A stretch of DNA of 64,000 nucleotides from an uncultured Bdellovibrionales bacterium (lineage in GTDB: Bacteria; Patescibacteriota; Minisyncoccia; Moranbacterales; UBA1568), in NCBI GenBank assembly GCA_964444815.1, contig CAYUIR010000001.1:78031-142030 (forward strand), read 5' to 3'. The position numbers and the translations under genes were made by a program. Positions 25,216-33,627 of this stretch are shown in pieces (positions within the stretch are counted from its first letter, which is position 1; each line of letters begins with the position of its first letter). The notes under the pieces were generated by a model. The model worked only from the letters and a program-made list of their open reading frames with translations. It was not told the DNA's origin and made no database searches.

Positions 25216-25276
25216 GTAACGCCAAGGTCCCAAGTTCCCTGCCTGCCGGCAGGCAGGAATCCCGGTCATCGGCTCC
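25216..25276 (+). pseudogene. tRNA-Thr 3'-half copy with the 20-bp palindrome inserted in the T-loop
   Basis: GTAACGCCAAGGTCC is identical to tRNA-Thr positions 35-49. It continues CAAGTTC-[CCTGCCTGCCGGCAGGCAGG]-AATCCCGGTCATCGGCTC. Confidence 0.7.
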
Positions 25277-25280
25277 ATAG

Positions 25281-25309
25281 AAAAAACGCCTTCATAAAGG
25301 CGTTTTTTT
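25281..25309. terminator. bidirectional terminator
   Basis: AAAAAACGCCTT-CATA-AAGGCGTTTTTTT. Confidence 0.85.
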
Positions 25310-25315
25310 GATGAG

Positions 25316-26353
25316 TCATTTCGCTAATTCGGTTTCGATGGCAGATTGGATGTCCTCACGGCTGACAGCGCCGTCGAGGAAAGTACCGTTCACAAAGGTG
25401 GCTGGAGTTGCTGCAATGTTGAGAGACGACGCCTCTTCCTTATCACGAGCTACTTGTTCACGAGGGGCTCCAGTTGCGAGGCAGGCAGTAAAAGCGCGAC
25501 CGTCGAGCTTGAGCCACCAGGCATAGTCTTTGAACTTCTGAGTACCCTTGGCCTTGCTCCACTCCCCTTGTTTGGTAAAGAGATAGTCAGCATAGGTATC
25601 AAACTTACCCTGCGCATGAGCACAGAGTGAGGCGACGGCTGCATTTTCGGCCTGGGCATGAAACGACAATGGCAAGTGTTTGTAGACTACCCGGACCTGA
25701 TCGCCAAATGGAGCGACAGCTTGCTTGAGGGTCTCACGGTAGGTACCGCAGTGAGTACACTCAAAGTCAGTATAGGTGACGATAGTGACTGGAGCATCTG
25801 CTCCACCACGGACGATGTCTCCTTCGCCGACAGTCGGAAGCTTGAGATATCGTCCAGCCGGGAGTCCGATGCGACTCATATCAAAGAAATACTGGCCATC
25901 CTGTCCCGCGAAGAGACTTGAGGCCTGTGAGTAAAAATTGGTATGGAGGATGTCTTTCGAAAAGATAAAAGCTGGGAGGGTCACAATATCAAATCGTTCG
26001 GCCAAACGCTTCCCGTACTCATCACCGATGTCGACCCGGACCGCATCAAGGGTCGGGATGACACGACGGAGCCACACCAGGGCCTCGTTCGGGTCGCAAG
26101 CATAACAGTTCTTGTCGGTAATAACCGTGAGATCAACTTTGGGATCGGCATAGCCCACCCAAGTCTTGCCACTCGTTTCGAGAACATTGTGAGTTTTGGT
26201 GGCATAGGAAGAGAATCCTTCCCCGCTCACCAGCTGAACAAAATCCACCGCGAGGCTTCCGAGAAACAGTCCACCCAAGATAATCGCCAACGCCAGGAGA
26301 TTCTGGGCATCATACTTTGGCTTGGCTTCACTCATCTTGGATCCTTCGTTCAT
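25316..26353 (-). CDS. membrane-anchored DsbA-family thiol:disulfide oxidoreductase
   Basis: TM anchor. Thioredoxin fold with FECTHCG (CxxC). An N-terminal second thioredoxin-like half contains CYAC. Confidence 0.8.
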   Translation of the reverse strand: MNEGSKMSEAKPKYDAQNLLALAIILGGLFLGSLAVDFVQLVSGEGFSSYATKTHNVLETSGKTWVGYADPKVDLTVITDKNCYACDPNEALVWLRRVIPTLDAVRVDIGDEYGKRLAERFDIVTLPAFIFSKDILHTNFYSQASSLFAGQDGQYFFDMSRIGLPAGRYLKLPTVGEGDIVRGGADAPVTIVTYTDFECTHCGTYRETLKQAVAPFGDQVRVVYKHLPLSFHAQAENAAVASLCAHAQGKFDTYADYLFTKQGEWSKAKGTQKFKDYAWWLKLDGRAFTACLATGAPREQVARDKEEASSLNIAATPATFVNGTFLDGAVSREDIQSAIETELAK

Positions 26354-26363
26354 ACAGGTGATG

Positions 26364-26684
26364 TTATTCGGTTACTACCTCGGCGCAAGACTCTCCTTGT
26401 GGGACTACAGACCGCTCCGTACTCGATGTGCTGGTGCGGATCAGTTCTTTTTCGAGGAGATTCAAGTCGAGCGTACCAGCACGGCTCGTCAGACGATAGT
26501 CATCGTAACCGATAGTGAGGCGATTATTGGCTACGGATTTGATACCAGCACCGAGAAGCGTCGCTATGAGAAACAGGATGGCGAGCGCTCGGGGCGTGTA
26601 TTCTCGTTTGGTGGCATTGCCAAGGATGGTCCTCAGTCGGAGGAGTTGCCTACTACCTTTTGCGAGCCACGGTGCCAAGTCCAT
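26364..26684 (-). CDS. hypothetical single-TM protein upstream of dsbA-like gene
   Basis: 107 aa from ATG 26684 (LAILFLIATLLGAGI helix). The longer ORF version overlaps the neighbouring gene. Confidence 0.45.
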   Translation of the reverse strand: MDLAPWLAKGSRQLLRLRTILGNATKREYTPRALAILFLIATLLGAGIKSVANNRLTIGYDDYRLTSRAGTLDLNLLEKELIRTSTSSTERSVVPQGESCAEVVTE

Positions 26685-26736
26685 AGGGTATGAAGTTTGA
26701 AGAATCACCGTATCATACTGGTCATTTTTTGACAAT

Positions 26737-26806
26737 CCCTTCGACGGGCTCAGGATCAACCATTCGACATGGGGAGGATAAACCCTTCGACTTCGCTCAG
26801 GGTAAA
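26737..26806 (+). repeat. three tandem 23-24-nt repeats with CCMTTCGAC core
   Basis: cccttcgacgggctcaggatcaa / ccattcgacatggggaggataaa / cccttcgacttcgctcagggtaaa. Confidence 0.8.
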
Positions 26807-26842
26807 GAAAAAGCACCTGGGCTAAAAGCGCAGGTGCAGAGG

Positions 26843-27607
26843 CTACTTCTTGAGGGCGTCTGGAGTGCGGATGGTCTGCCACTCGCCGTCCTTGGCTGGG
26901 CCATACCACCGCGAGAGGTGACCCTCGCAGTTGTTACTCTTTTGGCAAGTAGAGTCGAACTCGTTGTAGGCACTCGAGACTTCGCGCCAGTAATCGATAC
27001 CCATCTGGAGTCTCGCAAGGCCAGAGAGCTTGACTTCCATCTCAACCAGATAGTTCATCCCTGGCTTGGTCGCGACCTTGGGGTCGGTCCAGCCATGATA
27101 TATACGTGTTGGTGACTGAGCCAGGTCAATGACGAGATTCGATCCATCACTTGAAAGCATCGAGCCAGCCTTCTCCGAGCCCCCTGCATACCAACGAGGA
27201 GTACGCGGATAGAGTTCGCCATCAAATCGGAAAGCCCCCTTCTTCTGAGAAAAGTCCGTGACTTCGCTCACGACCGCTTCGATTCCCGTTTCAGGATTGC
27301 GCTCGATGAGACGAATGGCCCGGATGGCGATCTTGGCTTCTTGGCCTGGTTGCATCGAGCATGGCGCAACGCTAGTCACTTGCATCAGTGCCAGCACAGC
27401 ATGGAAGTTCTCCGGGGCTGACTTCCGCCACACAACTTCATCACGATGTTGTGCGCCGAACGGGACGTCGAACATGCTCGTGACGGCTGGTGCCTTTTCA
27501 TTGAAAGCACAGATCACTTTGGTGGTCTCGAGTGATTGCCCGTACGACCGCACACAAAAGGTGATGAGACCGACGAGAACAGCGAATAGTATCCAGGTTC
27601 TTTTCAT
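26843..27607 (-). CDS. secreted hypothetical protein
   Basis: Signal peptide MKRTWILFAVLVGLITFCVRSYG. 254 aa, no family recognised. Confidence 0.55.
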   Translation of the reverse strand: MKRTWILFAVLVGLITFCVRSYGQSLETTKVICAFNEKAPAVTSMFDVPFGAQHRDEVVWRKSAPENFHAVLALMQVTSVAPCSMQPGQEAKIAIRAIRLIERNPETGIEAVVSEVTDFSQKKGAFRFDGELYPRTPRWYAGGSEKAGSMLSSDGSNLVIDLAQSPTRIYHGWTDPKVATKPGMNYLVEMEVKLSGLARLQMGIDYWREVSSAYNEFDSTCQKSNNCEGHLSRWYGPAKDGEWQTIRTPDALKK

Positions 27608-27663
27608 GACTGACTCCTTGTTAAGGAAGTTGATGTCGTTTCAAAAGGCGACTGTATATTGAA

Positions 27664-28071
27664 TCACGCTTTGTCATGACTGTCAAGGAGGTCGATATCA
27701 TCGAGGACACTGTCGAGATCATCGATACTCCGCGAGCCGATACCATCAGCCTTGCACGATGGATTATCGAGTTCAGAGCGCACTTTCTCCACGACTGATA
27801 TCGGAGCTACTCCCCGGATAATATTGTCATTCACAGCGATATTTGGGCCCATACCGCATCCGGAGAGACAGCGAGAAGCCGGCATTACCAGTGCCTCCTC
27901 TGGGGCAAATCCAAGCTTGAGAGCGCGCAATACGTTCTCGGCGCCCCTTTGGCAACAACTGGGCTCAAGGCAGACCTTGATAGTCGCACGAGCGTCTGGT
28001 TTGGGAGTGGTTTCATTCATATCGACATACTGTACCACGATTTCCCTATCTTGACAATCCCTCTTGAGCAC
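27664..28071 (-). CDS. thioredoxin-like [2Fe-2S] ferredoxin domain protein
   Basis: C-x4-C (CLEPSC) and C-x3-C (CLSGCGMGPN), the spacing seen in NuoE-type 2Fe-2S domains. The start may be ATG 28020. Confidence 0.6.
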   Translation of the reverse strand: MLKRDCQDREIVVQYVDMNETTPKPDARATIKVCLEPSCCQRGAENVLRALKLGFAPEEALVMPASRCLSGCGMGPNIAVNDNIIRGVAPISVVEKVRSELDNPSCKADGIGSRSIDDLDSVLDDIDLLDSHDKA

Positions 28072-28094
28072 GGTATATAGTCTCTATCCCCCCA

Positions 28095-28367
28095 ATGGAG
28101 AAGTCCATGCCAAAAACTGTGGCGTGGACCCCTCCATGCCCACCGCGTCCCCCGTACTTTGTCTACGCCTGTCGCGCCTGTGGTAGCGAACTCGTATTCA
28201 TGGAACGATCTGAACACTCCGATCACCGAGTGTGCGTGACCTGCTTAGAGTCCCTGCTCGCTCGTCCAGGAGTTATTCCTAGGGCTGATAGGGCGTACTT
28301 CTGGCGTCTTGTCAAAGCGCAACGATCAAGGAGGCAAGTGATGGCCATCGACCCGAAGCGGCAATGA
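28095..28367 (+). CDS. small zinc-ribbon protein (CRAC...CVTC)
   Basis: 90-aa ORF. TTGACA-17-TATATA promoter about 20-45 nt upstream. Confidence 0.5.
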   Translation: MEKSMPKTVAWTPPCPPRPPYFVYACRACGSELVFMERSEHSDHRVCVTCLESLLARPGVIPRADRAYFWRLVKAQRSRRQVMAIDPKRQ

Positions 28368-28456
28368 CCGCCTCGGGATTATTTTTTAGTTTGACTTTGG
28401 ACCCGAGGAAGCATATAAAGTAGGTATGTCCGGTCCGCCGGTTCGTTCACAACCAG

Positions 28457-29056
28457 ATGGAGACTTTCGCCATGTCCATGACGACTGTTAGAGTTCCGGT
28501 TCGTGTGCATTGCATCGGACCAGACGATCAACTCCCCACGGAGCCTGACCAACTCGAAAGAGCACTCACCGAGCGCGAATCACTGCTCGAAGATGTCCGA
28601 GGTGAGTACCTCAATCCTGATCTCAGGTTCGACACCCCCGACTCGTACTGGATTCTTGCCTATCGCCTACAGCATGGCGAGCAACCGGCAGAACCCATGT
28701 GCTTCATGAACATGCGTCTGCATCCCGGACGAGCGTTCTGCATCGGGGTCATCGCCTCTCCCCGCTTTCCATCACGGCATCGTCGACCACTCAAGCTGGC
28801 TTGGCGAGAAATGCAGTTGATTCTCCTGGAGCTACTCGACTTTCTGAGCAATTTGAACGAGAAACGAAAACAAGAAAATCTCGCGCCAATCGGTGTGCTC
28901 TCCATATGCGCTACTCCAGTCGAAGAGATGGCTATGCAGGGCAATGAGGCATTGCTCAAGACCGGCTTCCGTCAATGCTCCGAAAGCATCTACGATGCGC
29001 CAGGCAGTTGCTCGATGTATCTACGATCGCTCGGTCTCCAATCACTGATGCTGTAA
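28457..29056 (+). CDS. hypothetical protein
   Basis: 199-aa ORF. TTGACT-17-TATAAA promoter upstream and a hairpin + T-run terminator at 29063-29089. Confidence 0.5.
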   Translation: METFAMSMTTVRVPVRVHCIGPDDQLPTEPDQLERALTERESLLEDVRGEYLNPDLRFDTPDSYWILAYRLQHGEQPAEPMCFMNMRLHPGRAFCIGVIASPRFPSRHRRPLKLAWREMQLILLELLDFLSNLNEKRKQENLAPIGVLSICATPVEEMAMQGNEALLKTGFRQCSESIYDAPGSCSMYLRSLGLQSLML

Positions 29057-29090
29057 CCACCACGGTTCGGGATTCCCGAATCGTTTTTTC

Positions 29091-29969
29091 TTACTCTTTT
29101 TCCTTTTCCGGCTCCACTGCTGGTACCGGCGTAGATTTTTTGGGGAAGTTCAAGAGGGTTGCGATCGTGAGAACCAGTGTAAAGGCAAACGGCATTCCCA
29201 TCACTCCAAAGAATGAGAGGAGGAGGTGATAGCCAAGCGGGAGCGGGAGGAGAAAGAGTCCAGTGAGATAGGCTCGACCATAGGACAGTGAGTACTCTCG
29301 ATAACGCGCCACAAGTAAGACGACGACGGCACCCAAGATGAGATAGACGAGATAACCGACAAAATACCATCCGTAGAGTATGAATGGCATGAGACAGAGC
29401 CCGATCAGGATGGTGAGTTTGAGGTAGCGCGAGGCCTGAGCTACAAAATTACTATACGTCGACTCGTCTACGGTGAAAGTCTCGCGTCCCAGCAATCGCG
29501 TCAAATCATAGATGCGGTATTCGCTTTTCTCGGCATTGTAAAACCCAGCACTCTGCTCCCCGAGGATGAACCAGGTATCGTGGCGGGTAAAATCACTCGT
29601 AGAAATTGCTCGGGTCGTATCGATGACGAGGAGATTCTCTGGCATGTCAGCTTCGGTCGTGCGCCACTCAATTGGGATCGGGAGCGTGTACGGTTCATCG
29701 ACATTGGTTGAGACGACACCTTGCTTGACCGTGAGCTCCAACTCCTCTGGAAAAAGTTCCGTGACGTTTGCTACCTCACGGTCCCAGCGCTCCGAAAGAA
29801 TCTCATGCACGAATCGGACGGTCCCCGGGAGAGCGATGACTACTTGAGCGATGACGAGGACACCAATCAGCCCCGCATAAAATTTCAACCCCTGCTTGAG
29901 TGTAAAAGACTGCTCAACGAAAAACGCTGGTCGATAGACTTGATCTTTGACCCAGGTCCATAGTTTCAT
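29091..29969 (-). CDS. polytopic membrane protein (DUF1189-like architecture)
   Basis: N-terminal TM, a roughly 150-aa loop, and 4-5 C-terminal TM helices. The family call is from memory. Confidence 0.55.
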   Translation of the reverse strand: MKLWTWVKDQVYRPAFFVEQSFTLKQGLKFYAGLIGVLVIAQVVIALPGTVRFVHEILSERWDREVANVTELFPEELELTVKQGVVSTNVDEPYTLPIPIEWRTTEADMPENLLVIDTTRAISTSDFTRHDTWFILGEQSAGFYNAEKSEYRIYDLTRLLGRETFTVDESTYSNFVAQASRYLKLTILIGLCLMPFILYGWYFVGYLVYLILGAVVVLLVARYREYSLSYGRAYLTGLFLLPLPLGYHLLLSFFGVMGMPFAFTLVLTIATLLNFPKKSTPVPAVEPEKEKE

Positions 29970-29987
29970 AGAGTTGACGTAAAGTGA

Positions 29988-30284
29988 TTAGGCTTCAAAA
30001 CCAATTTTGTTGGTTGGTCCTTCCGATGGAGTGACATTACCAAACTGAGCCTCGTATTTGCCAAGGTTGTCTGTCATCGCGACGAGGAGGCGTTTGAAAT
30101 GGCCAGGGTTCAGGATAATCCGAGCATTGAGCGTACCAGTCGGTGGGAAGACGTTCAGGAAATCAATCACAAACTCTTCCTGGGTATGGAGGACATTGGC
30201 CATGTTGGAGTAGAGTCCCCGGAGGGCTTCATCACTCGCTTTAATCTGAATATTATTTTGATTCGATGGTGCCTCTGTGGCCAT
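29988..30284 (-). CDS. DUF3467 domain protein
   Basis: LYSNMANVLHTQEEFVIDFLNVFPP...ARIILNPGHFKRLL pattern. TATAAT upstream. Confidence 0.65.
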   Translation of the reverse strand: MATEAPSNQNNIQIKASDEALRGLYSNMANVLHTQEEFVIDFLNVFPPTGTLNARIILNPGHFKRLLVAMTDNLGKYEAQFGNVTPSEGPTNKIGFEA

Positions 30285-30399
30285 AGGGTTGTTTCAAACA
30301 GTTATGTCCCTATTATACCACTTCTGACTCTCCCGCTTGACAAAAGACCTGTTTGCGAGACAATGCAGGCATCCCAAACACTTTCCAGAAAGGAGCGGG

Positions 30400-30702
30400 A
30401 TGGACACGAAAGTTCATAAGCAGAGTCTCCGTCGCGCCGCCTTGGAAGAGGTTGAATACTGGCTGATGGCTGATTTTGAGAAACACCCCAATCTCCCCAT
30501 CATCTTGGTAGCGCCTCCCGGGAGTCAGCACAAGCCGATCTTCGACCAGGTGTACCGGTCGATGCGAGAGTATTATTTCCACTTGTCTCTCACGACACTG
30601 GAGTGCCACCTCACCATTGAAGAGCTAAGCGACGCCCTGATCCGAGTAGCTCGCATCTATAGCAAGGTCGAGTTGACATCTACCACCACCCCACCCCGGT
30701 AA
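30400..30702 (+). CDS. hypothetical protein (100 aa)
   Basis: AGGAG Shine-Dalgarno 4 nt before ATG 30400. The terminator hairpin CCCGG/CCGGG + T-run overlaps the stop. Confidence 0.5.
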   Translation: MDTKVHKQSLRRAALEEVEYWLMADFEKHPNLPIILVAPPGSQHKPIFDQVYRSMREYYFHLSLTTLECHLTIEELSDALIRVARIYSKVELTSTTTPPR

Positions 30703-30736
30703 ACTTGACCGGGCTTTTTCTTGTCAATAATTTAAT

Positions 30737-30757
30737 TACGTAATTAGTTACGTAATT
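30737..30757. promoter_or_regulatory. TACGTAATT-AGT-TACGTAATT site A
   Basis: Part of the near-palindrome AATTACGTAATTAGTTACGTAATT, directly after a terminator. Confidence 0.6.
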
Positions 30758-30852
30758 CTTCTTTCACTTGACCATTGACGAAGGCGGCATTTCATGCCAA
30801 GGTATGAACATTCGACAAGAAAATTCTTGTTGCAAACCACACAGGAGGTGCG

Positions 30853-31206
30853 ATGAATTGGAGAATTGAGCGAGCCCACCAAGAGCTCCCGGCCGAGTTG
30901 GCCATCTTTGCCCGACGAGCGTTCGTCCGCAGCTGTGAAAAGGTATACGGAGTGGCAGTACCAATCGAGCACGTCGTTGCCTGTACCCTCCAAACGAGCA
31001 GCCTGACACGGTTCTTTGTACTAATCTGGCTAACCGAAGATTCGATGAGGATACTTGCAAAGGGGAACTTCTATCTCACGACATCAGGCGGACAATTGGT
31101 AATGCGCTTTCTCCAAACCGCCGATTGGAAACGTGTCGCCGTCGACCGGGCACGCCGGGATAACTACATCAATTCGGGTGGATTCCCCTCGATTACCGGG
31201 CCCTGA
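30853..31206 (+). CDS. hypothetical protein (117 aa)
   Basis: Strong Shine-Dalgarno ACAGGAGGTG 4 nt before the ATG. Terminator GCCG..CGGC + TTTTTC downstream. Confidence 0.55.
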   Translation: MNWRIERAHQELPAELAIFARRAFVRSCEKVYGVAVPIEHVVACTLQTSSLTRFFVLIWLTEDSMRILAKGNFYLTTSGGQLVMRFLQTADWKRVAVDRARRDNYINSGGFPSITGP

Positions 31207-31258
31207 GCCCACCAACCGCCGACCCTAAACTGAAGGCCGGCGTTTTTCTTTTCTTTGA

Positions 31259-31789
31259 TTATTTCGGCTCTGAAATTTCGGCTGAATTAAACAGCACGGA
31301 AAAGTCCCCACACCACGTAAGAGCATAGCGATACTGTGAGATATCTATCCCCTTCGGTACGGTGTAATTGATATTGCCCTCTGTCCCCTTGATTGGTCCG
31401 AGGTCGACATACTCTTTGGCTGCCAAGTCCTTGGCGAGGTAGACTCTCACATCGGGACCATTGATGGTCTTGTAGTTTTCATATCGAAGAATCGTTTCGT
31501 CTGCATTCCTCACGATACGGACTACACCCGAAGCAGGATGGGCGGGAGTATCGACAATCGGAAATGGTCCGGATATAACTGGTGCTGTCTCTCTGCTTGG
31601 ATCAGGCTCCCCGACTGCAATCGACTGAGGCAGTTCTTTTGATGGGCTCGTCTCTGGTGTCGCTACAGGCAAAACATCATTCACCACTTTGTTTAGGAAA
31701 AGCGGTGATAGTGCGTACCAAGCGACCGCCACGAGGACTGACATACCGAGCGCAATCAAAATGTGCTTTTTTTGTATACCAGCACTCAT
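31259..31789 (-). CDS. membrane-anchored DM13 domain protein
   Basis: TM helix, then GVVRIV...ILRYENYKTINGPDVRVYLAKD...YRYALTWCGDFSVLF, recalled as the DM13 pattern. Trimmed to ATG 31789. Confidence 0.65.
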   Translation of the reverse strand: MSAGIQKKHILIALGMSVLVAVAWYALSPLFLNKVVNDVLPVATPETSPSKELPQSIAVGEPDPSRETAPVISGPFPIVDTPAHPASGVVRIVRNADETILRYENYKTINGPDVRVYLAKDLAAKEYVDLGPIKGTEGNINYTVPKGIDISQYRYALTWCGDFSVLFNSAEISEPK

Positions 31790-31921
31790 ATATCTGAATC
31801 GAGAATAAATTAGCAGTACATTCCTCAATTGTGTTGACAATCCCCCTTTGTTACTGGCATTATACCACCAATCGACAGGGTCCCTGTCGATACCACAGCA
31901 CCTTACAGATTGGAGTTCGCC

Positions 31922-32491
31922 ATGATCATCGGCCTCTACAAGGATCATCACCATCTGCCATTCTGGCACAGCCCGCAACTGCCGTTCGAGCTCTTCAGCC
32001 CCGAAACCCACAGGGCAAGGGTCTTTACCTTCTATCACGGTTCCGACCGGGAAAAGAAACAGCCCGTGCCTGAAAGCTGGATCTGGCCTGTCCTCATTGG
32101 CCTCCACATGGTGGACATCCCTGTCATGGCTCACGTGTCTACCTTCTGTGACCACGAAGGTCCCGACATCTGGCATTACCCCAAACGTGTTTGGGTCCAG
32201 ATTTCGACACTACCCGATGTCGTCAATGAAGCTGGAATCCCGGTCACCGTCGTCGATGGAAAGACCGTGGTGCAGGGTCTCTGGGGTTGGGACAATGGCA
32301 CCTACACCCCCTACGAGCTCCTTCCCAAGGACCAGCAGAAGCCTTCTCCCGAAAACGCTCGGCCGGAGTTCTGGCGCGACTTCTTCGTGGCACAGCTCAA
32401 GAGCGTGAAGATTGCTGCCACCGCAGCTCGCACCAAGGCAGTCGCCGAAGCGGAAGCAGCGACAAATCTCCTGGCCGTCATTCCCGATTGA
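31922..32491 (+). CDS. hypothetical protein (189 aa)
   Basis: GGAG Shine-Dalgarno 6 nt before ATG 31922. His/Trp-rich N-terminal half and an Ala-rich tail. T-run terminator downstream. Confidence 0.5.
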   Translation: MIIGLYKDHHHLPFWHSPQLPFELFSPETHRARVFTFYHGSDREKKQPVPESWIWPVLIGLHMVDIPVMAHVSTFCDHEGPDIWHYPKRVWVQISTLPDVVNEAGIPVTVVDGKTVVQGLWGWDNGTYTPYELLPKDQQKPSPENARPEFWRDFFVAQLKSVKIAATAARTKAVAEAEAATNLLAVIPD

Positions 32492-32563
32492 CAAGCGGAC
32501 AGCCCGAGCACAAAGCAGAACTCAACGCCGACTCTCCACGTGAGGGCCGGCTTTTTTCTTTGT

Positions 32564-32584
32564 TACGTAATTAATTACGTAATT
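32564..32584. promoter_or_regulatory. TACGTAATT-AAT-TACGTAATT site B
   Basis: Lies within the perfect 20-nt palindrome TTACGTAATTAATTACGTAA (32563-32582), directly after a terminator. Confidence 0.6.
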
Positions 32585-33160
32585 CTATTGCATATAAATT
32601 TCTTCCGTTGATTGTAAAAGGTCCATTATCTCATCGTTGTGCATACCACGCGCCACAGCGTACTCCAGATACTTAAGAGAATTTTCATGCTGTTCGGCAT
32701 CATAGGCATCGACTCCATCGAGGGCCAAGATGACTTCATAGTCACGCATGTAGGCGTCGATAGCGGTCGTTCGGACGCACGTCATCGTATTGATACCAGT
32801 GAGAATGAGCGTATCAATGCCCTTTGCTACCAAGTAGGTTTCGAGGTCGGTATTGAAAAATGAACTAAAACGCTTTTTTACTATCTCTCTGTCGTCGGCA
32901 TCACGGTGCAGTTCGGGCAGCAACCTCACACCATCAGTACCCTCTATGGTCACCGGCTTGTTGTGCTTGCGATTGTAGAGTGGAGCATCAGAGAGATCGG
33001 CTTTGTATTCCTGACGTATCCAAATGACCGGGATGCCTCGAGTGTGAGCCCTATCCACAAGTGCATTCACCGAGTTTGTGAGCTTTTCCCGGCGTTCTGC
33101 TAACGGACCGCTAAGGAAAAATTCTTGCTGCAGATCAATAACGAGTAACGCTGGTTGCAT
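32585..33160 (-). CDS. isochorismatase-family cysteine hydrolase (nicotinamidase-like)
   Basis: ALLVIDLQQEF, IPVIWIRQEY, LTGINTMTCVRTTAIDA (catalytic Cys context). Start set at ATG 33160. Confidence 0.8.
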   Translation of the reverse strand: MQPALLVIDLQQEFFLSGPLAERREKLTNSVNALVDRAHTRGIPVIWIRQEYKADLSDAPLYNRKHNKPVTIEGTDGVRLLPELHRDADDREIVKKRFSSFFNTDLETYLVAKGIDTLILTGINTMTCVRTTAIDAYMRDYEVILALDGVDAYDAEQHENSLKYLEYAVARGMHNDEIMDLLQSTEEIYMQ

Positions 33161-33290
33161 AGGTTTGAAAATGCTATTCAAATAATTCAACTTCAGGCTC
33201 ATTTTAGCACATCTGTTCACTATTGACTTTTATGCTGAAATGTGCTATCATAAAAAGTTCGTAAGCTCACGAACGCAACGAGGAAGCGCT

Positions 33291-33569
33291 ATGACTGGTG
33301 ATGAGTTCTACACTGTTGCGGCGGCCCAGAAGTGGTTCGCAGAGCAACTCAAGCAATTTCCTGCCCTGCCCGGACTCACGGCAACAAAGCAGGAATTGCT
33401 GAACCTGAACAACGGTGATGCCGAATTGCCGCAGTTGTACGAGGCGATGGTCGGCTATCGTTGGCACCTTCAGCTGGCCCACAACGATCAATTGTCCTTG
33501 GTGGACGTCGTCGTGGCGTTCACAGCGGCCGCCCAAGAAGCGGGCAAGCTCACGATCATCGAGGGCTGA
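33291..33569 (+). CDS. hypothetical protein (92 aa)
   Basis: TTGACT-17-TATCAT promoter (33223-33251), AGGAAG Shine-Dalgarno, hairpin terminator 33601-33628. Confidence 0.5.
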   Translation: MTGDEFYTVAAAQKWFAEQLKQFPALPGLTATKQELLNLNNGDAELPQLYEAMVGYRWHLQLAHNDQLSLVDVVVAFTAAAQEAGKLTIIEG

Positions 33570-33627
33570 GCGACCGCCGGTAACCGCCGGCAAACCAAGA
33601 AACGGCAGTACCTAACAAGGCTGCCGT

